DNA of 64,000 nt from Myxococcaceae bacterium JPH2. Lineage in GTDB: Bacteria > Myxococcota > Myxococcia > Myxococcales > Myxococcaceae. Shown here piece after piece: positions 11,145 to 21,059 of this stretch. Every line of letters begins with the position of its first letter. The first letter of the stretch is position 1. The notes under the pieces are model-generated. The model ran no database searches. It had not been told where the DNA came from and saw only the letters and a program-made list of their open reading frames with translations. The translations under genes were made by a program, and so were the position numbers. The stretch spans positions 59,969 through 123,968 of the forward strand of contig JAEMGR010000010.1 in the NCBI GenBank assembly GCA_016458225.1. The letters run 5' to 3'.

Positions 11145-11921
11145 CTACGGCGCCTTCGTTGGCTGATTGCGCTTCACGAACTGCCCGAACGCATCGTTCG
11201 CCACCTTGCGGTCCAACGCACCGACCGTGGCCTTGCCCAGCTCACCGTCCACCCGGACCTGACGGTCCTTCTGAAGCTGGATGAAGGTCTGCTCCCACTC
11301 ATCCAGCGACACTTCATGCGGCCCATCCACCTGCACGCGCCCCGACGGTCCGGGCTTGGGAGGTGCTGTTCCGCCCTTCCCCGCGGCCTTTCGCACGCGC
11401 GCCGCGACCTGCACCTGCCCCTCCGAGACCTGCACCAATGTCGAGGGAGACAGCGCGCCCGCGACGGTCGGCGCCGCGGCATCCACGCGGAACATCGTGC
11501 CGCGCACACCCGCCACCGCTCGGTCCGTCTCCACCTCGAACTTGGCGGAGGAGCCCGCCAGCGCCTTCTTCACGCTCGCCCAGACCTTGCCCAGGCCGAG
11601 CCTGGCGACGAAGCCCTTGCGTTCCTGTCCCTCGAAGTCCGCCTCGCTGATGAACAACCGGCTGCGCTCCCCGAGCATCAGCACGCTGCCATCGTTCAAC
11701 ACGAGCTTGAGGTTCGACGCGGCGCCCACCTCCAGCGTGTCCCGCACCTCGATGTCCGAGCCCACGTTCAGCGACTGCGCGGAACCTTGCTCGGGTGCTC
11801 GCGAGGCCGTGCCTTCGAGCACTTCCACGCGACCGATGGCCGCGAAGGCCCAGCTTGGAGCCAGCACGACGAGCAGCAGCCACCGAGCGAATTGAAGCCA
11901 TCCTCCGCGCTGTCGCGTCAC
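11145..11921 (-). CDS. FecR-domain protein with N-terminal signal peptide
   Basis: The track ORF is over-extended. A GTG at 11921 overlaps the upstream gene's stop (GTGA) and gives VTRQRGGWLQFARWLLLVVLAPSWAFA (signal peptide). This is followed by a FecR-like beta domain (…DIEVRDTLEVGAASNLKLVLNDGSVLMLGERSRL…). Confidence 0.6.
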   Translation of the reverse strand: MTRQRGGWLQFARWLLLVVLAPSWAFAAIGRVEVLEGTASRAPEQGSAQSLNVGSDIEVRDTLEVGAASNLKLVLNDGSVLMLGERSRLFISEADFEGQERKGFVARLGLGKVWASVKKALAGSSAKFEVETDRAVAGVRGTMFRVDAAAPTVAGALSPSTLVQVSEGQVQVAARVRKAAGKGGTAPPKPGPSGRVQVDGPHEVSLDEWEQTFIQLQKDRQVRVDGELGKATVGALDRKVANDAFGQFVKRNQPTKAP

Positions 11922-12283
11922 GGTGTCCCTCCCCCGCTGGGGGTGCCCGAGGCGCGCAACTGAATGTGCAGCGTCGCGCGCGCGCCACTGGCCTCGTAGT
12001 AGGTCGTGTAGGGCCAAAAGCCCTGCTTCCGCACGTCGATCTGGTGCAGGCCCTCGCCCACGCCGAGCCCTCGTGGAGAGCCCGCGAAGTCGCGACACAT
12101 GCCCTGCGGCACCCCGTCCAACGACACCTCGGCGTCCGATGGATCGCACCGCAGCACGAGATCACCGCGTGGAGTGCCCGCCGTGCGCATCAGCTCGCGC
12201 GCCCGCGCCATCGTCGCGGGCTCAGGCTGGCTCGACGCGCAGCCCGTCCAGGCCACCACTCCCATCCAAAGCACGAACCTCAT
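11918..12283 (-). CDS. Small lipoprotein (121 aa), unknown function
   Basis: MRFVLWMGVVAWTGCASSQ... has a lipobox with Cys. The ATG overlaps the upstream stop (ATGA) and its stop overlaps the downstream GTG start. Confidence 0.55.
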   Translation of the reverse strand: MRFVLWMGVVAWTGCASSQPEPATMARARELMRTAGTPRGDLVLRCDPSDAEVSLDGVPQGMCRDFAGSPRGLGVGEGLHQIDVRKQGFWPYTTYYEASGARATLHIQLRASGTPSGGGTP

Positions 12284-13482
12284 CGCGCCACGGTCAGCTC
12301 GAGTCGATTGCCACTCACCGCCGTCACCCGCACCTTCCGCTTCTGATACGTCGCCGCGCCCAGGCTCTCCGCCAGCGTGTCGGTCCCACCGAGGTACGTC
12401 ACGTCGAAGCGCGCCTTGCCCTCGGCGAACTCGCCCGCCTTGACGTCTCGCACGCCTTGAACCGACTGCGCGAGGACCTTCTGGAACGCGCGCACCGCCG
12501 CGTAGTCCGGCAGCCCCACCACCGTCATCGCCACCACGTTCCCGTTCTGCTCGGCCTGCGCGAGGTGCTCCAGCACCGCCTTGCGCACCTCGGCGACAAT
12601 CTTGGCGCCGCGCACCTTGGCGATGTTGAACGACGTCCGCTCATACGACGTCACGGGCGCCTGTCCGGTGCTGGCGTTCCCGCTGTTGAACGCGTCCGTC
12701 AGCCGCGCGAGCTGCGTGCCCGAGTCCGTGGCGAACACCGCCAGCTCCCACTCGCCCGCCACCGGGTAATAGCCAACGTCCTTCACCAGCTCCTTCGTGG
12801 TGCCGAGCACGCCCTCATGCCGGAACGTCACCGTCCCCGAGATGACGTAGTCCGCCACGCGCAGGTCCTGGATGATCTTCTTGTCCGGCGTCGTCAGAGA
12901 GACCCCTGAACTCACCTCCAGTTTCCCGGCCGCGAACGAGGGGTCGATGATCCGCCAGCCGTCCTTGCGAAACGTCTCGGTGAGCACCTGGGTCAGTACG
13001 GAGCTGCTGGTGATGACCTTCTCGGGACTGATGGACTGCTCGCTCAAGACGATGAGCAGCTTGCTGCCCCCGAGCCTTCGCACCAGGGCCTGCGCGGCCT
13101 GGAGATCCTTGTCGAGTTCAGCGGTGCCGACCTCCGCGCGCACCGTGACGCGCGTCACTCCGCCCTCGTCCTTGCGCTCCAGGACCTCGTACTTGCGCAC
13201 GTAGCCCGCGCTGTTCGTGAAGACGCGATCGCTGAGCAACTGGCTGTTCGAGGTGAGCGTGTCCGAGGACACCAGCACTCCCGCCACCTGCTCCACCGCT
13301 TCGCGGAGCGCCGCGTTGCGCGCATCGGTGAAGGCCTTCTCGCGGTTGCCGTCGACGATGGCGGCCTCGCCCGTCGCTTCCTTCACCACCGTCGCGGGCG
13401 CCGTGGGTTCCGCGGCCACGGCCAGGCAGGACAGCAACACGCATAGGACAGAGAGCTTCCAGGACATACGTCGCGTCCTCAC
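12280..13482 (-). CDS. Secreted protein with N-terminal LPP20-like domain (400 aa)
   Basis: Signal peptide MSWKLSVLCVLLSCLAVAAEP. It is followed by an LPP20-like pattern (…AIVDGNREKAFTDARNAALREAVEQVAGVLVSSDTL…GYVRKYEVLERKDEGGVTRVTVRAEV). Family call is by motif recognition only. Confidence 0.55.
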   Translation of the reverse strand: MRTRRMSWKLSVLCVLLSCLAVAAEPTAPATVVKEATGEAAIVDGNREKAFTDARNAALREAVEQVAGVLVSSDTLTSNSQLLSDRVFTNSAGYVRKYEVLERKDEGGVTRVTVRAEVGTAELDKDLQAAQALVRRLGGSKLLIVLSEQSISPEKVITSSSVLTQVLTETFRKDGWRIIDPSFAAGKLEVSSGVSLTTPDKKIIQDLRVADYVISGTVTFRHEGVLGTTKELVKDVGYYPVAGEWELAVFATDSGTQLARLTDAFNSGNASTGQAPVTSYERTSFNIAKVRGAKIVAEVRKAVLEHLAQAEQNGNVVAMTVVGLPDYAAVRAFQKVLAQSVQGVRDVKAGEFAEGKARFDVTYLGGTDTLAESLGAATYQKRKVRVTAVSGNRLELTVAR

Positions 13483-13486
13483 AGGA

Positions 13487-14356
13487 CTACTGGGTGACGA
13501 TGACGACCCGGCCCTCGGCCAGGAAGCGCGTGTTCACCTCGGACAGGGCTCGCGCGCCCTCGGCGGCGAGCACCAGGTCCGAGCCCTGGAGCTGCTGGGC
13601 CTTCACCACCAGCGGCTTGTCCCCGACGAGCGCCGCCTTCTTCGCCGCGTCCAGGCTGTCCATCCACGAAGCCACCGCCGTGGTCGAGCGAGCCTCCTGG
13701 GACAACGCCGCAGAGCCATAGAGCGCCTTGCCCGCGGTATCCACCAACCGAGGCGCCAGCACCGGCTTCGCGTTCAAACCTCGCGCATCCACCACGAGCC
13801 CCGTGTAGCGACGGGCCCCTTCGGCGTTCAGCACGATGGCGGGCTCCGCGGCCGGAGCGGCGAGCGCGGAGGTGATGGCGGCCAGTGGCACCTCCACGTC
13901 CATCTCCACGCCGCTGTCCGAGAAGTACCGCTTGGCCACGACCTTGTAGCCCTTGATGGCGCCCTCGACGCGGCCACGCACCTCGTCGCGCCCCATCTCG
14001 TCGCCCACCGTGCGGGTGGCGCTGACCTGGATGCCGCGCGCCTGCTCGATGAGGTTGCGGAAGGCGTCCAGCTTGGCGGCACGCTCGGCGCCCAACCGGG
14101 CCTGCGCCGGATTCGCCGCCTTGAGGTCCGGCGCTCCCGAGCCCGTGGCCCGAAGCACCTGGCCCTCCCAATTGACCCCGCGCGTCGCCGAGCGCACGGC
14201 TTCGGTGGCAGCGGGTGTGGCGGGCTTCACGTCCTTGCCCTGGCCCAGCGCCGTCAACGGCACGGCCAGCAACAACCCCCACAACGAGTGCCTCACGGGA
14301 ACTCCTCCGGGACTCACCGCGTCACCAGCGAGCCGACAGGACAGAATCGCTGGCAT
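13487..14356 (-). CDS. LPP20-family lipoprotein-like secreted protein (289 aa)
   Basis: Hydrophobic signal (…HSLWGLLLAVPLTALGQG). The LPP20 signature is clear (…ANPAQARLGAERAAKLDAFRNLIEQARGIQVSATRTVGDEMGRDEVRGRVEGAIKGYKVVAKRYFSDSGVEMDVEVPL). Confidence 0.6.
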   Translation of the reverse strand: MPAILSCRLAGDAVSPGGVPVRHSLWGLLLAVPLTALGQGKDVKPATPAATEAVRSATRGVNWEGQVLRATGSGAPDLKAANPAQARLGAERAAKLDAFRNLIEQARGIQVSATRTVGDEMGRDEVRGRVEGAIKGYKVVAKRYFSDSGVEMDVEVPLAAITSALAAPAAEPAIVLNAEGARRYTGLVVDARGLNAKPVLAPRLVDTAGKALYGSAALSQEARSTTAVASWMDSLDAAKKAALVGDKPLVVKAQQLQGSDLVLAAEGARALSEVNTRFLAEGRVVIVTQ

Positions 14357-14448
14357 TCAAGGGGGGCGCTTCGCGGGAAGTCAAGGCGAGCCGCCGCCGC
14401 GAACCCCTTCGGACGACCGTGGGTCCGCACGCGGCGCGACACCTCGCG

Positions 14449-14784
14449 TCAGCCCTCGTCGTTGTGGCTATCGACGTAGTCGTCGATCATCCGACGGTGC
14501 CGCTCGGTCAGCAGCGTGAAGCGCACGCCCGAGCGATCCGCCTTGCGCGGCGTCTCCAGCCAGTCCCGCACCACCTCGCCCTCGGCGTAGATGATCTCCT
14601 CCGAGCCGGGGAGCTGGAACTGGAGGCCCACGCGACGCGCGTGGTGCTGCGGCTCCAACAGCCGCGAGAGGCTCACGCCCTCCTGGCTGATGTCCGCCGC
14701 GCGCGCCATGTACGGCACGCCGCCCATGTACTTGTTCAGATAGATGTCGAGGGGCGCCCGCTTCGACTTCCGCTTCTCGCTCAT
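14449..14784 (-). CDS. PilZ-domain protein (putative c-di-GMP receptor)
   Basis: 111 aa with RxxxR (KRKSKR) and D/NxSxxG (DISQEG) motifs in canonical spacing. It is first in line upstream of the LPP20/FecR genes on the same strand. Confidence 0.7.
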   Translation of the reverse strand: MSEKRKSKRAPLDIYLNKYMGGVPYMARAADISQEGVSLSRLLEPQHHARRVGLQFQLPGSEEIIYAEGEVVRDWLETPRKADRSGVRFTLLTERHRRMIDDYVDSHNDEG

Positions 14785-15060
14785 CGGTCATGGCCTCCGG
14801 CTGGTGCAACAGGATGCTTCGTCGTTGAAGCAGCGCGGCCAGGGTAGAGGCACTCACTCCCCACGCAAGAAAACGACCGGCCTCCGCGCATGAGGGCTCG
14901 CGAGCGGGCCATTCGCAGCGCCGCTCGCTGGATTCTTCGCGCGGGACTGTGTGCGCGGGCCATCACTCGCGCTCGCCTCCGATGTGCGCCGCGCGCGTTT
15001 CACACACGAGGCCACATGCGCACCCCCTATAGTCGCGCCGCTCTCTTGAAAGGCGGAAGC

Positions 15061-15816
15061 ATGCGAAGGACGACATGGATGACGGCCCTGGTGCTCGCGC
15101 TCGGCGCGACGGGCGTCCAGGCCCAGACGGCTCCGGCCGCGAAGCCGGCCCCCAAGGCCAGCAAGCCCGATACGGGCACGAAGCCCTCGACGACCGAGGC
15201 CGCGACCTCGTCGGCCGGGCTGGAGACGGAGGACCAGAAGACCGTCTATGCCCTGGGCCTGTCGGTGGGGAAGGACCTGTCCCTGTTCGCCCTCTCCCCG
15301 GCCGAGGTGGAGGTCCTCCACCGGGGCATGCAGGACGGACTCAACGGCGCGACGCCCGCCGTGAAGCTGGAGGACTACGCGCCCAAGATCCAGGCGCTCG
15401 CGAAGTCGCGCCAGGCGCAGGTCAACGCGAACTACCTGGAGCGCGCGGCCAAGGAGCCGGGCGCGACGAAGCTGCCCTCGGGCGTCATCTACCGCGAGGT
15501 GAAGGCCGGCCAGGGCAAGACGCCGCGCGCCACCGACACCGTGAAGGTGCATTACCGCGGCACGCTGGTGGACGGCACCGAGTTTGACAGCTCCTACGGC
15601 CGTGGCCTGCCCGTCGAGTTCCCGCTCAACGGCGTCATCCCCTGCTGGACGCAGGGCGTGCAGAAGATGAAGGTGGGCGGCAAGGCCAAACTGACGTGCC
15701 CGGGCAGCACCGCCTACGGCGAGCGCCCGCCCCAGGGCTCGCGCATCCCGCCCAACGCCGTGCTCGTGTTCGACGTGGAGCTGGTGGAGATCCCCGGAGA
15801 TACGTCCGCGAAGTAG
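15061..15816 (+). CDS. FKBP-type peptidyl-prolyl cis-trans isomerase (FkpA/Mip-like), periplasmic
   Basis: Start at MRRTTWMTALVLALGATGVQA (signal peptide); the track ORF is over-extended upstream. N-terminal dimerisation helix region is followed by the FKBP domain (…GVIYREVKAGQGKTPRATDTVKVHYRGTLVDGTEFDSSYGRGLPVEFPLNGVIPCWTQGVQKMKVGGKAKLTCP…AVLVFDVELVEI). Confidence 0.88.
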   Translation: MRRTTWMTALVLALGATGVQAQTAPAAKPAPKASKPDTGTKPSTTEAATSSAGLETEDQKTVYALGLSVGKDLSLFALSPAEVEVLHRGMQDGLNGATPAVKLEDYAPKIQALAKSRQAQVNANYLERAAKEPGATKLPSGVIYREVKAGQGKTPRATDTVKVHYRGTLVDGTEFDSSYGRGLPVEFPLNGVIPCWTQGVQKMKVGGKAKLTCPGSTAYGERPPQGSRIPPNAVLVFDVELVEIPGDTSAK

Positions 15817-15871
15817 CGCTCCGCGCGCGGTGCCTCCCCGCCTCCTGCGCGGGAAGGCACCGCCGCGGCCC

Positions 15872-17998
15872 TTACGGCTGCTTCACCGCCGTCTCGGTCG
15901 CGCGCAGCAGCGAATCGGCGCTCACCGGGGCCCCCGTCGCGTTGCGCATCCACTCATCGGGGGTCACCGCGCCCTCCTTCGCCATGCGCTCGAACTCCGC
16001 GCCCAGCGGACCCTTGCGCTTGAGCTGCTCCTCGATCTGGAACGCGATGAGGTGGCCGATCGGGTAGTCCGGCAGGTACAGCGGGTAGCTGATCATGTGG
16101 CTGTAGATGCCGAGCAGCGGGCTGCCCTTCCCGCCCAGCACCGGCGCGTAGTACCGGTCCCACGTGTCCCGCGAGATGGCCACCACCGCGTCGCGCAGCT
16201 GCGCGGGCGTCGCGTCCGGGTGCTCGTACATCCAATGCCACGTGGCCATGTCCACCAGCGCCACGCCGGCGATCTCCCAGGCCTGCCAGAAGTCGTTGAG
16301 CACGCGCTCACGCTCGCTCGACGCGTCGGACTTGCCCAGCCCCAGCAGCTCCAGGTCGCGGGCCTGGAACACGAAGGCCAGCGCCTCCGTGAAGGCGTTG
16401 TTGGGCACGCCCGCGAGCAACGTGTGGTCCACCTCGTAGAGGCTGAACACCTGCTCCACGTTGTGCCCCAGCTCGTGCACCGCGATGTTGTAGCCCTTGT
16501 AGTTCATGCCTCCGGGCTCCACGCGCGTGCGCAGGTGCGGGAAGTCACCGCGCCGCATGGCCTGCTGTGCGTGGCCCGCGCCGCGCGAGGGGTCCACCCG
16601 GATGTGCTCGGCCAGGAACTGCGCCTTCTCCTTCGTGAAGCCCAGGCCCTGGAGGATGCGCGGGATGTCCTTCGCGAAGGCGTCCGCCGTGGGATAGCGC
16701 TTGCGCGTGAGGGCATCCAGCTGCGCCTCGGGCACCTTGCCGCCCGGCTTGAAGCCCGCGAACCAGAGGTCCTGCGGCTCCAGCGGCCGCCCCAGGCGCG
16801 TCTGGATGATGCGGGCCACCTGCGGCACCAGCGGCGACGTGAGCAGCTGCGTGAGCATCGCGCGCACGCGCTCCTCGGGCAGCTCGCGCCCCAGCTCGAA
16901 GCTGCGGGCGATCTGCGTGGGCGCCACCGGCGAATAGGGGTCCGCCTCGCGCGCCGTGCGGTAGTTCCCCAGCAGCCGCGCGTAGCGGGTGTCCGGCTCC
17001 GGAGCGAGGTCCGCCTTCGCCTCGCGGGCCGGCGCGTTCTCCTCCACCTCGGCGGCGGGCGCCACCGTCACCGCGTTGGTGAAGGGGTTCCAGTCCACGC
17101 GGGGATTGTCGATGACGGCCGCTGGAATCGTCTGCGTGACGATGCGCTCCATCACCTGGATGATCATCCGCTGCTTGGCGATGCCCTGCGGATCCGCGTA
17201 GTCCGCCTTCAGCTCGTCGCGCAGGTTCCAGTGGCTGATGAGGCGCAGCCCCTTGGGGAACAGCCGCTGCCCCTGCGCGTCCAGCAGGTGGTGCATCCAG
17301 ACGTTGTACTCGGCGATGTAGAGGTTCGCGGCCGCGATGGACTGCGCCTGGTGCTGCTGAACCTCCGCCGGGATGCGCCGGTTGAAGCGCGCGGTGAGGC
17401 GCGCCTCCGCCCACTGACGCCGCGTCCACGTGGAGCCCTGCGTCGTGCGCTCCGCCAGCGTGCTCTGCGGGAAGTTGAGCAACACCACGAAGCCCACCCG
17501 CGCGCGGAACAAGTCCGACACCAGGTTCGACGAGGGGTCATACGCCGCCAGCAACGGCTCCACCGGCAACAGCGGCCCCAGGTCCAGGTCCGTGTACCAC
17601 TGGAGCTCGCGCCCCATCTCGTTCATGTGCCCATCGAGCTGCTCGAACAGCCGCTCCATGCGCGCGAACGTCGCGTCGAGCAGCTTCGGATCCGAGACGA
17701 ACTGCTCCCGCGCGAACTCGGCCAGGTCCCCATCCTCGGGCCGCCAGAGCGCTGCCACCTGCGTCAGGCCTCGCTCGATGCGCGCGCGCTGCGCCTCGCC
17801 ATGCTTCGCGACCAGCTCCGCCTTCAGCGCGGAGAGGTCCGCCTGAGGTTGAGGTGCGGTGGCGGCGGGCGGTGGCGCCGGGGCGGCCTCCTTCGACGGC
17901 GAAGGGGCTGCGGGCACGGGAGACGTGGTCGCGCAGCCGAGCGCGGCCAGCAGCGGAAACAGGCGGGCGCGAGAGGCCCGGGATTTTCTCAGGGACAC
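15872..17998 (-). CDS. Zinc metallopeptidase lipoprotein (HExxH), family not assigned
   Basis: VHELGHNVEQ is an HExxH motif. A GTG at 17998, 5 nt after GGAG, gives VSLRKSRASRARLFPLLAALGC, a lipoprotein signal. The longer track ORF (to 18049) would start inside the cspA terminator hairpin. Confidence 0.65.
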   Translation of the reverse strand: MSLRKSRASRARLFPLLAALGCATTSPVPAAPSPSKEAAPAPPPAATAPQPQADLSALKAELVAKHGEAQRARIERGLTQVAALWRPEDGDLAEFAREQFVSDPKLLDATFARMERLFEQLDGHMNEMGRELQWYTDLDLGPLLPVEPLLAAYDPSSNLVSDLFRARVGFVVLLNFPQSTLAERTTQGSTWTRRQWAEARLTARFNRRIPAEVQQHQAQSIAAANLYIAEYNVWMHHLLDAQGQRLFPKGLRLISHWNLRDELKADYADPQGIAKQRMIIQVMERIVTQTIPAAVIDNPRVDWNPFTNAVTVAPAAEVEENAPAREAKADLAPEPDTRYARLLGNYRTAREADPYSPVAPTQIARSFELGRELPEERVRAMLTQLLTSPLVPQVARIIQTRLGRPLEPQDLWFAGFKPGGKVPEAQLDALTRKRYPTADAFAKDIPRILQGLGFTKEKAQFLAEHIRVDPSRGAGHAQQAMRRGDFPHLRTRVEPGGMNYKGYNIAVHELGHNVEQVFSLYEVDHTLLAGVPNNAFTEALAFVFQARDLELLGLGKSDASSERERVLNDFWQAWEIAGVALVDMATWHWMYEHPDATPAQLRDAVVAISRDTWDRYYAPVLGGKGSPLLGIYSHMISYPLYLPDYPIGHLIAFQIEEQLKRKGPLGAEFERMAKEGAVTPDEWMRNATGAPVSADSLLRATETAVKQP

Positions 17999-18006
17999 GA
18001 GGGCTC

Positions 18007-18046
18007 CAAAAACACGAAGGTCCGACCCTGGGAAGGATCGGACCCT
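18007..18046 (-). terminator. Rho-independent terminator downstream of cspA
   Basis: Minus strand reads GGGTCCGATCC-TTCCCA-GGGTCGGACC followed by TTCGTGTTTTTGG, immediately 3' of the cspA stop (18085). Confidence 0.6.
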
Positions 18047-18084
18047 CATGTTGAATCAGGAAGTCGTCCGAACGACAGACGGGA

Positions 18085-18288
18085 TCACGCCGCGCGAACG
18101 TTCTGCGCCTGCAGACCCTTCGGGCCGCGGGTCACGTCGAACTCCACCTTCTGGCCCTCGGCCAGGGTGCGGAACCCGTCCATGTTGATGGCCGAGTGAT
18201 GGCAGAACACGTCCTCACCGCCACCGTCCTGGGTGATGAAGCCGAAGCCCTTCGCGTCGTTGAACCACTTCACGGTACCAGTCGCCAT
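18085..18288 (-). CDS. cspA: Cold-shock protein (CspA family)
   Basis: [62 protein letters not shown] has canonical RNP1/RNP2 motifs. A >100-nt purine-rich 5' leader is present, as in cold-shock genes. Confidence 0.95.
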   Translation of the reverse strand: MATGTVKWFNDAKGFGFITQDGGGEDVFCHHSAINMDGFRTLAEGQKVEFDVTRGPKGLQAQNVRAA

Positions 18289-18406
18289 TGCCTTCTTCTT
18301 CTTTCCATCTCGGACGCGAAGATCCGCCGCCCGGTCTCGGCAGAGTCAACCCAGCAAGACGGGCGAGAATTTATTCGTCCAGGTTTCCCACGTCTAGCCC
18401 GCAACC

Positions 18407-20227
18407 TCACCAGCCACACTTCTGGCCCTGGTTCTGCTCCTGGAGCCAGCGGCGCAGCGGCGCGAAGTACTCGAGCATCGGGGTGGCATCCATCTGCCGC
18501 GTGCCCGTCATGGCGTAGAGCGCGTCGGGCCACGGCTTGCTGGCGCCCATCTCGAGCATGGCCTGCAGCCGCTTTCCGGCCTCCTTGTTCCCGTAGATGG
18601 AGCACTCGTGGAGCGCGCCCTTGTAGCCGGCCGCCTCGCACAGCGCCTTGTGGAACTGGAACTGGAGGATGCGCGCCAGGAAGTAGCGCGTGTACGGCAC
18701 GTTGGCCGGCACGTGGTACTTGGCGCCCGCGTCGAAGTCCTGCTCGTTGCGCGCCACCGGGGCGCTGACGCCCTGGTACTTCTCGCGCATCGCCCACCAG
18801 GACTTGTTGTAGTCCGCCGGCTTCACCTTCCCGGAGAACACGTCCCAGCGCCACTGATCCACCAGCAGGCCGAAGGGCAGGAACGCGACCTTCTCGAGGG
18901 CGTCCTTCAGCTGCAGGTTGATGAGGTTCTTGTCGTTCTTCTCCACCGCCTTGAGCAGGCCGAGCTGCTGCAGGTAGGCCGGGGTGATGGAGAGCGTGAG
19001 CGCGTCACCGATGGCCTCGTGGAAGCCGTCGTTGGCGCCCGCCTGGAAGAGCACCGGGAGCTGGTAGTAGTAGGTGTAGTAGTAGTTGTGGCCCAGTTCG
19101 TGGTGGATGGTGATCAGATCCTCCTCGGTGGGCTTGATGCACATCTTCACGCGCAGATCGTTGTCGAACGAGACGTCCCACGCGCTGGCGTGACAGACGA
19201 CGTCGCGGTCGCGCGGCTTGGTGAACTGCGAGCGCTCCCAGAACGACGGCGGCAGCGACTTGAGGCCCATCGAGGTGAAGAACTTCTCGCCGAGCTTCAC
19301 CATCTTCTGCGCGTCATAGCCCTGCGCCTGCATGGCGCCATCCACGTCCAGGCTGGCCTGACCGGGGTACGGCTCGACGAGCGGGTAGATGTTGTTCCAC
19401 TCCTGCGCCCACATGTTGCCGAGCAGGTGCGCGGGGATCGGCTTGCCCGCGGGCACGTTGGCCTCGCCGTACTGCTTGGCCAGACGGCCGCGCACGTAGC
19501 AGTGCAGCTCGTCGTACATGGGCTTGACCTGGCCCCAGAGCCGCTGCGCGTCCTTCTCGAACTCCGCGGGCGTCATGTCGTAGCTGGAGCGCCAGAGCGT
19601 GCCCAGGTCGTTGAAGCCGATGTCCTTGGCGCCCTCGTTGGAGAGCGTCACGAGCTGCTCGTACAGCGGGCGCATGGGGCGCGAGATGGCGTGCCAGCCG
19701 CGCCACGCGTCCAGCAGCTCCTCGTAGTTGCGGCTCTTGGCCATCACATCGGACAGCTCCTCCAGGTCGCGGCAGGTGCCCTTGCCGTCCTTGCCGCAGT
19801 ACTTGCCCTTGCCGTACAGGCCCTCCAGCTTCGCGGCCGTGGCGGCGAGCTGCGCGCGCTTGCCCGCGTCCGCCGGGGCCGGCAGCGTCTGGGACACCTG
19901 GAGCAGGTGGATCATCCGGGCGGTGTCCGGATCCAGCTTCAGCCCGTCAAAGCGGCGGGACGCCTTGATGGCGGTGTTGGTGAAGGCCATGACCTCCTCG
20001 TTGACGGAGGCGGCGTTCCGCTCGGTGTCGTCCGTGATGTACGTGGACTTGATCCACTCGGCGGTCGACTGCTTCACCCACAGCCGCTTGAGGTCGGCGT
20101 TCAGCGACTGGACGAACTTCTTCGCCTCTTCGGGGGTGGCCTTGGCGGCCGGAGCGCGCGGAACACGCGTCTCCTGAGCCGCCGACGGCAGGGCCGTCAG
20201 CGCGAGGACGGCCAGGAGCGCTCGCAT
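18407..20227 (-). CDS. Peptidyl-dipeptidase A (M2 family, angiotensin-converting-enzyme-like), secreted
   Basis: [10 protein letters not shown]…EAIGD is the M2 zinc site. Start chosen at [19 protein letters not shown] (signal peptide); an alternative Met lies 10 codons upstream at 20257; the track ORF runs to 20353. Confidence 0.85.
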   Translation of the reverse strand: MRALLAVLALTALPSAAQETRVPRAPAAKATPEEAKKFVQSLNADLKRLWVKQSTAEWIKSTYITDDTERNAASVNEEVMAFTNTAIKASRRFDGLKLDPDTARMIHLLQVSQTLPAPADAGKRAQLAATAAKLEGLYGKGKYCGKDGKGTCRDLEELSDVMAKSRNYEELLDAWRGWHAISRPMRPLYEQLVTLSNEGAKDIGFNDLGTLWRSSYDMTPAEFEKDAQRLWGQVKPMYDELHCYVRGRLAKQYGEANVPAGKPIPAHLLGNMWAQEWNNIYPLVEPYPGQASLDVDGAMQAQGYDAQKMVKLGEKFFTSMGLKSLPPSFWERSQFTKPRDRDVVCHASAWDVSFDNDLRVKMCIKPTEEDLITIHHELGHNYYYTYYYQLPVLFQAGANDGFHEAIGDALTLSITPAYLQQLGLLKAVEKNDKNLINLQLKDALEKVAFLPFGLLVDQWRWDVFSGKVKPADYNKSWWAMREKYQGVSAPVARNEQDFDAGAKYHVPANVPYTRYFLARILQFQFHKALCEAAGYKGALHECSIYGNKEAGKRLQAMLEMGASKPWPDALYAMTGTRQMDATPMLEYFAPLRRWLQEQNQGQKCGW

Positions 20228-20418
20228 CCGGGGCTGCACAGTGAGGGGTCGGGTCATGGGGGCGGACAGTAGAAGAACCGCCGCCCTCCGGCATCCCGGA
20301 AGTGCGGGGCCGCCACCCGCCCTGGGCCGTCCGAGGGCCGAGCAGCCCCCCAACCCCTCTCCCGAGGTGTTCGAGGATGGGACGAGTCCTTCGACCGGAT
20401 GCGCTATGAAGGGCGGTC

Positions 20419-20964
20419 ATGCTCCGCTCGCCCTTCGCGCTCGCCCTGCTCGCCGCCCCGCTGCTCGCTTGTGGCTCCACCACGCCGCAGCCAGAGCCCG
20501 AGCCGCAGGACTGCAGCCGCTTCACCATCACCACGTCCGAGCCCGCCTCCGCGAACCACGTCGCGACGTGCATCAGCACCGGGTGCGGCAACGGCGAGGA
20601 GCCGCCCAACGCCGGCCCCCACTGCCCCACCTGGCTGTCCTGCCGCGAGTACACCGAGGAGCAGCCGCGCTGCTCGTGGCTCCACAACCTGGAGCATGGG
20701 CACGCGGTGTTCCTCTACAACTGCCCGGAAGGTTGCCCCGACGAGGTCGCCAAGCTGCGCGAGGCCCAGGCCCAGGCACTGGCGGGCTCCAACGGCGTGC
20801 ACCGGGCCCTCATCGCGCCGGATCCCCGCCTCCCCAAGCGCGTGGCGGCCCTGCTCTGGCGGCACACCTATCTCGCGGACTCCGCCGACCCCGAGGCCCT
20901 GCGCTGCCTCTTGAAACTGCAGGACGTGGACGCCAACGAGCCTGGCCTGGCGTGCTCCCCCTGA
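20419..20964 (+). CDS. DUF3105-family lipoprotein
   Basis: Lipobox signal MLRSPFALALLAAPLLACGS. A Cys-rich mature region carries the DUF3105-like motif WLHNLEHGHAVFLYNCPEGCPD. Confidence 0.6.
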   Translation: MLRSPFALALLAAPLLACGSTTPQPEPEPQDCSRFTITTSEPASANHVATCISTGCGNGEEPPNAGPHCPTWLSCREYTEEQPRCSWLHNLEHGHAVFLYNCPEGCPDEVAKLREAQAQALAGSNGVHRALIAPDPRLPKRVAALLWRHTYLADSADPEALRCLLKLQDVDANEPGLACSP

Positions 20965-21059
20965 GCCCCGAGCCCGCGCCGATGATTGCTACGCCAAGCG
21001 TCACGACCCGAGCACCGGGACGTGCAACGGCGTCACGGCTGCCCTAGCGTGCCCCCTCC

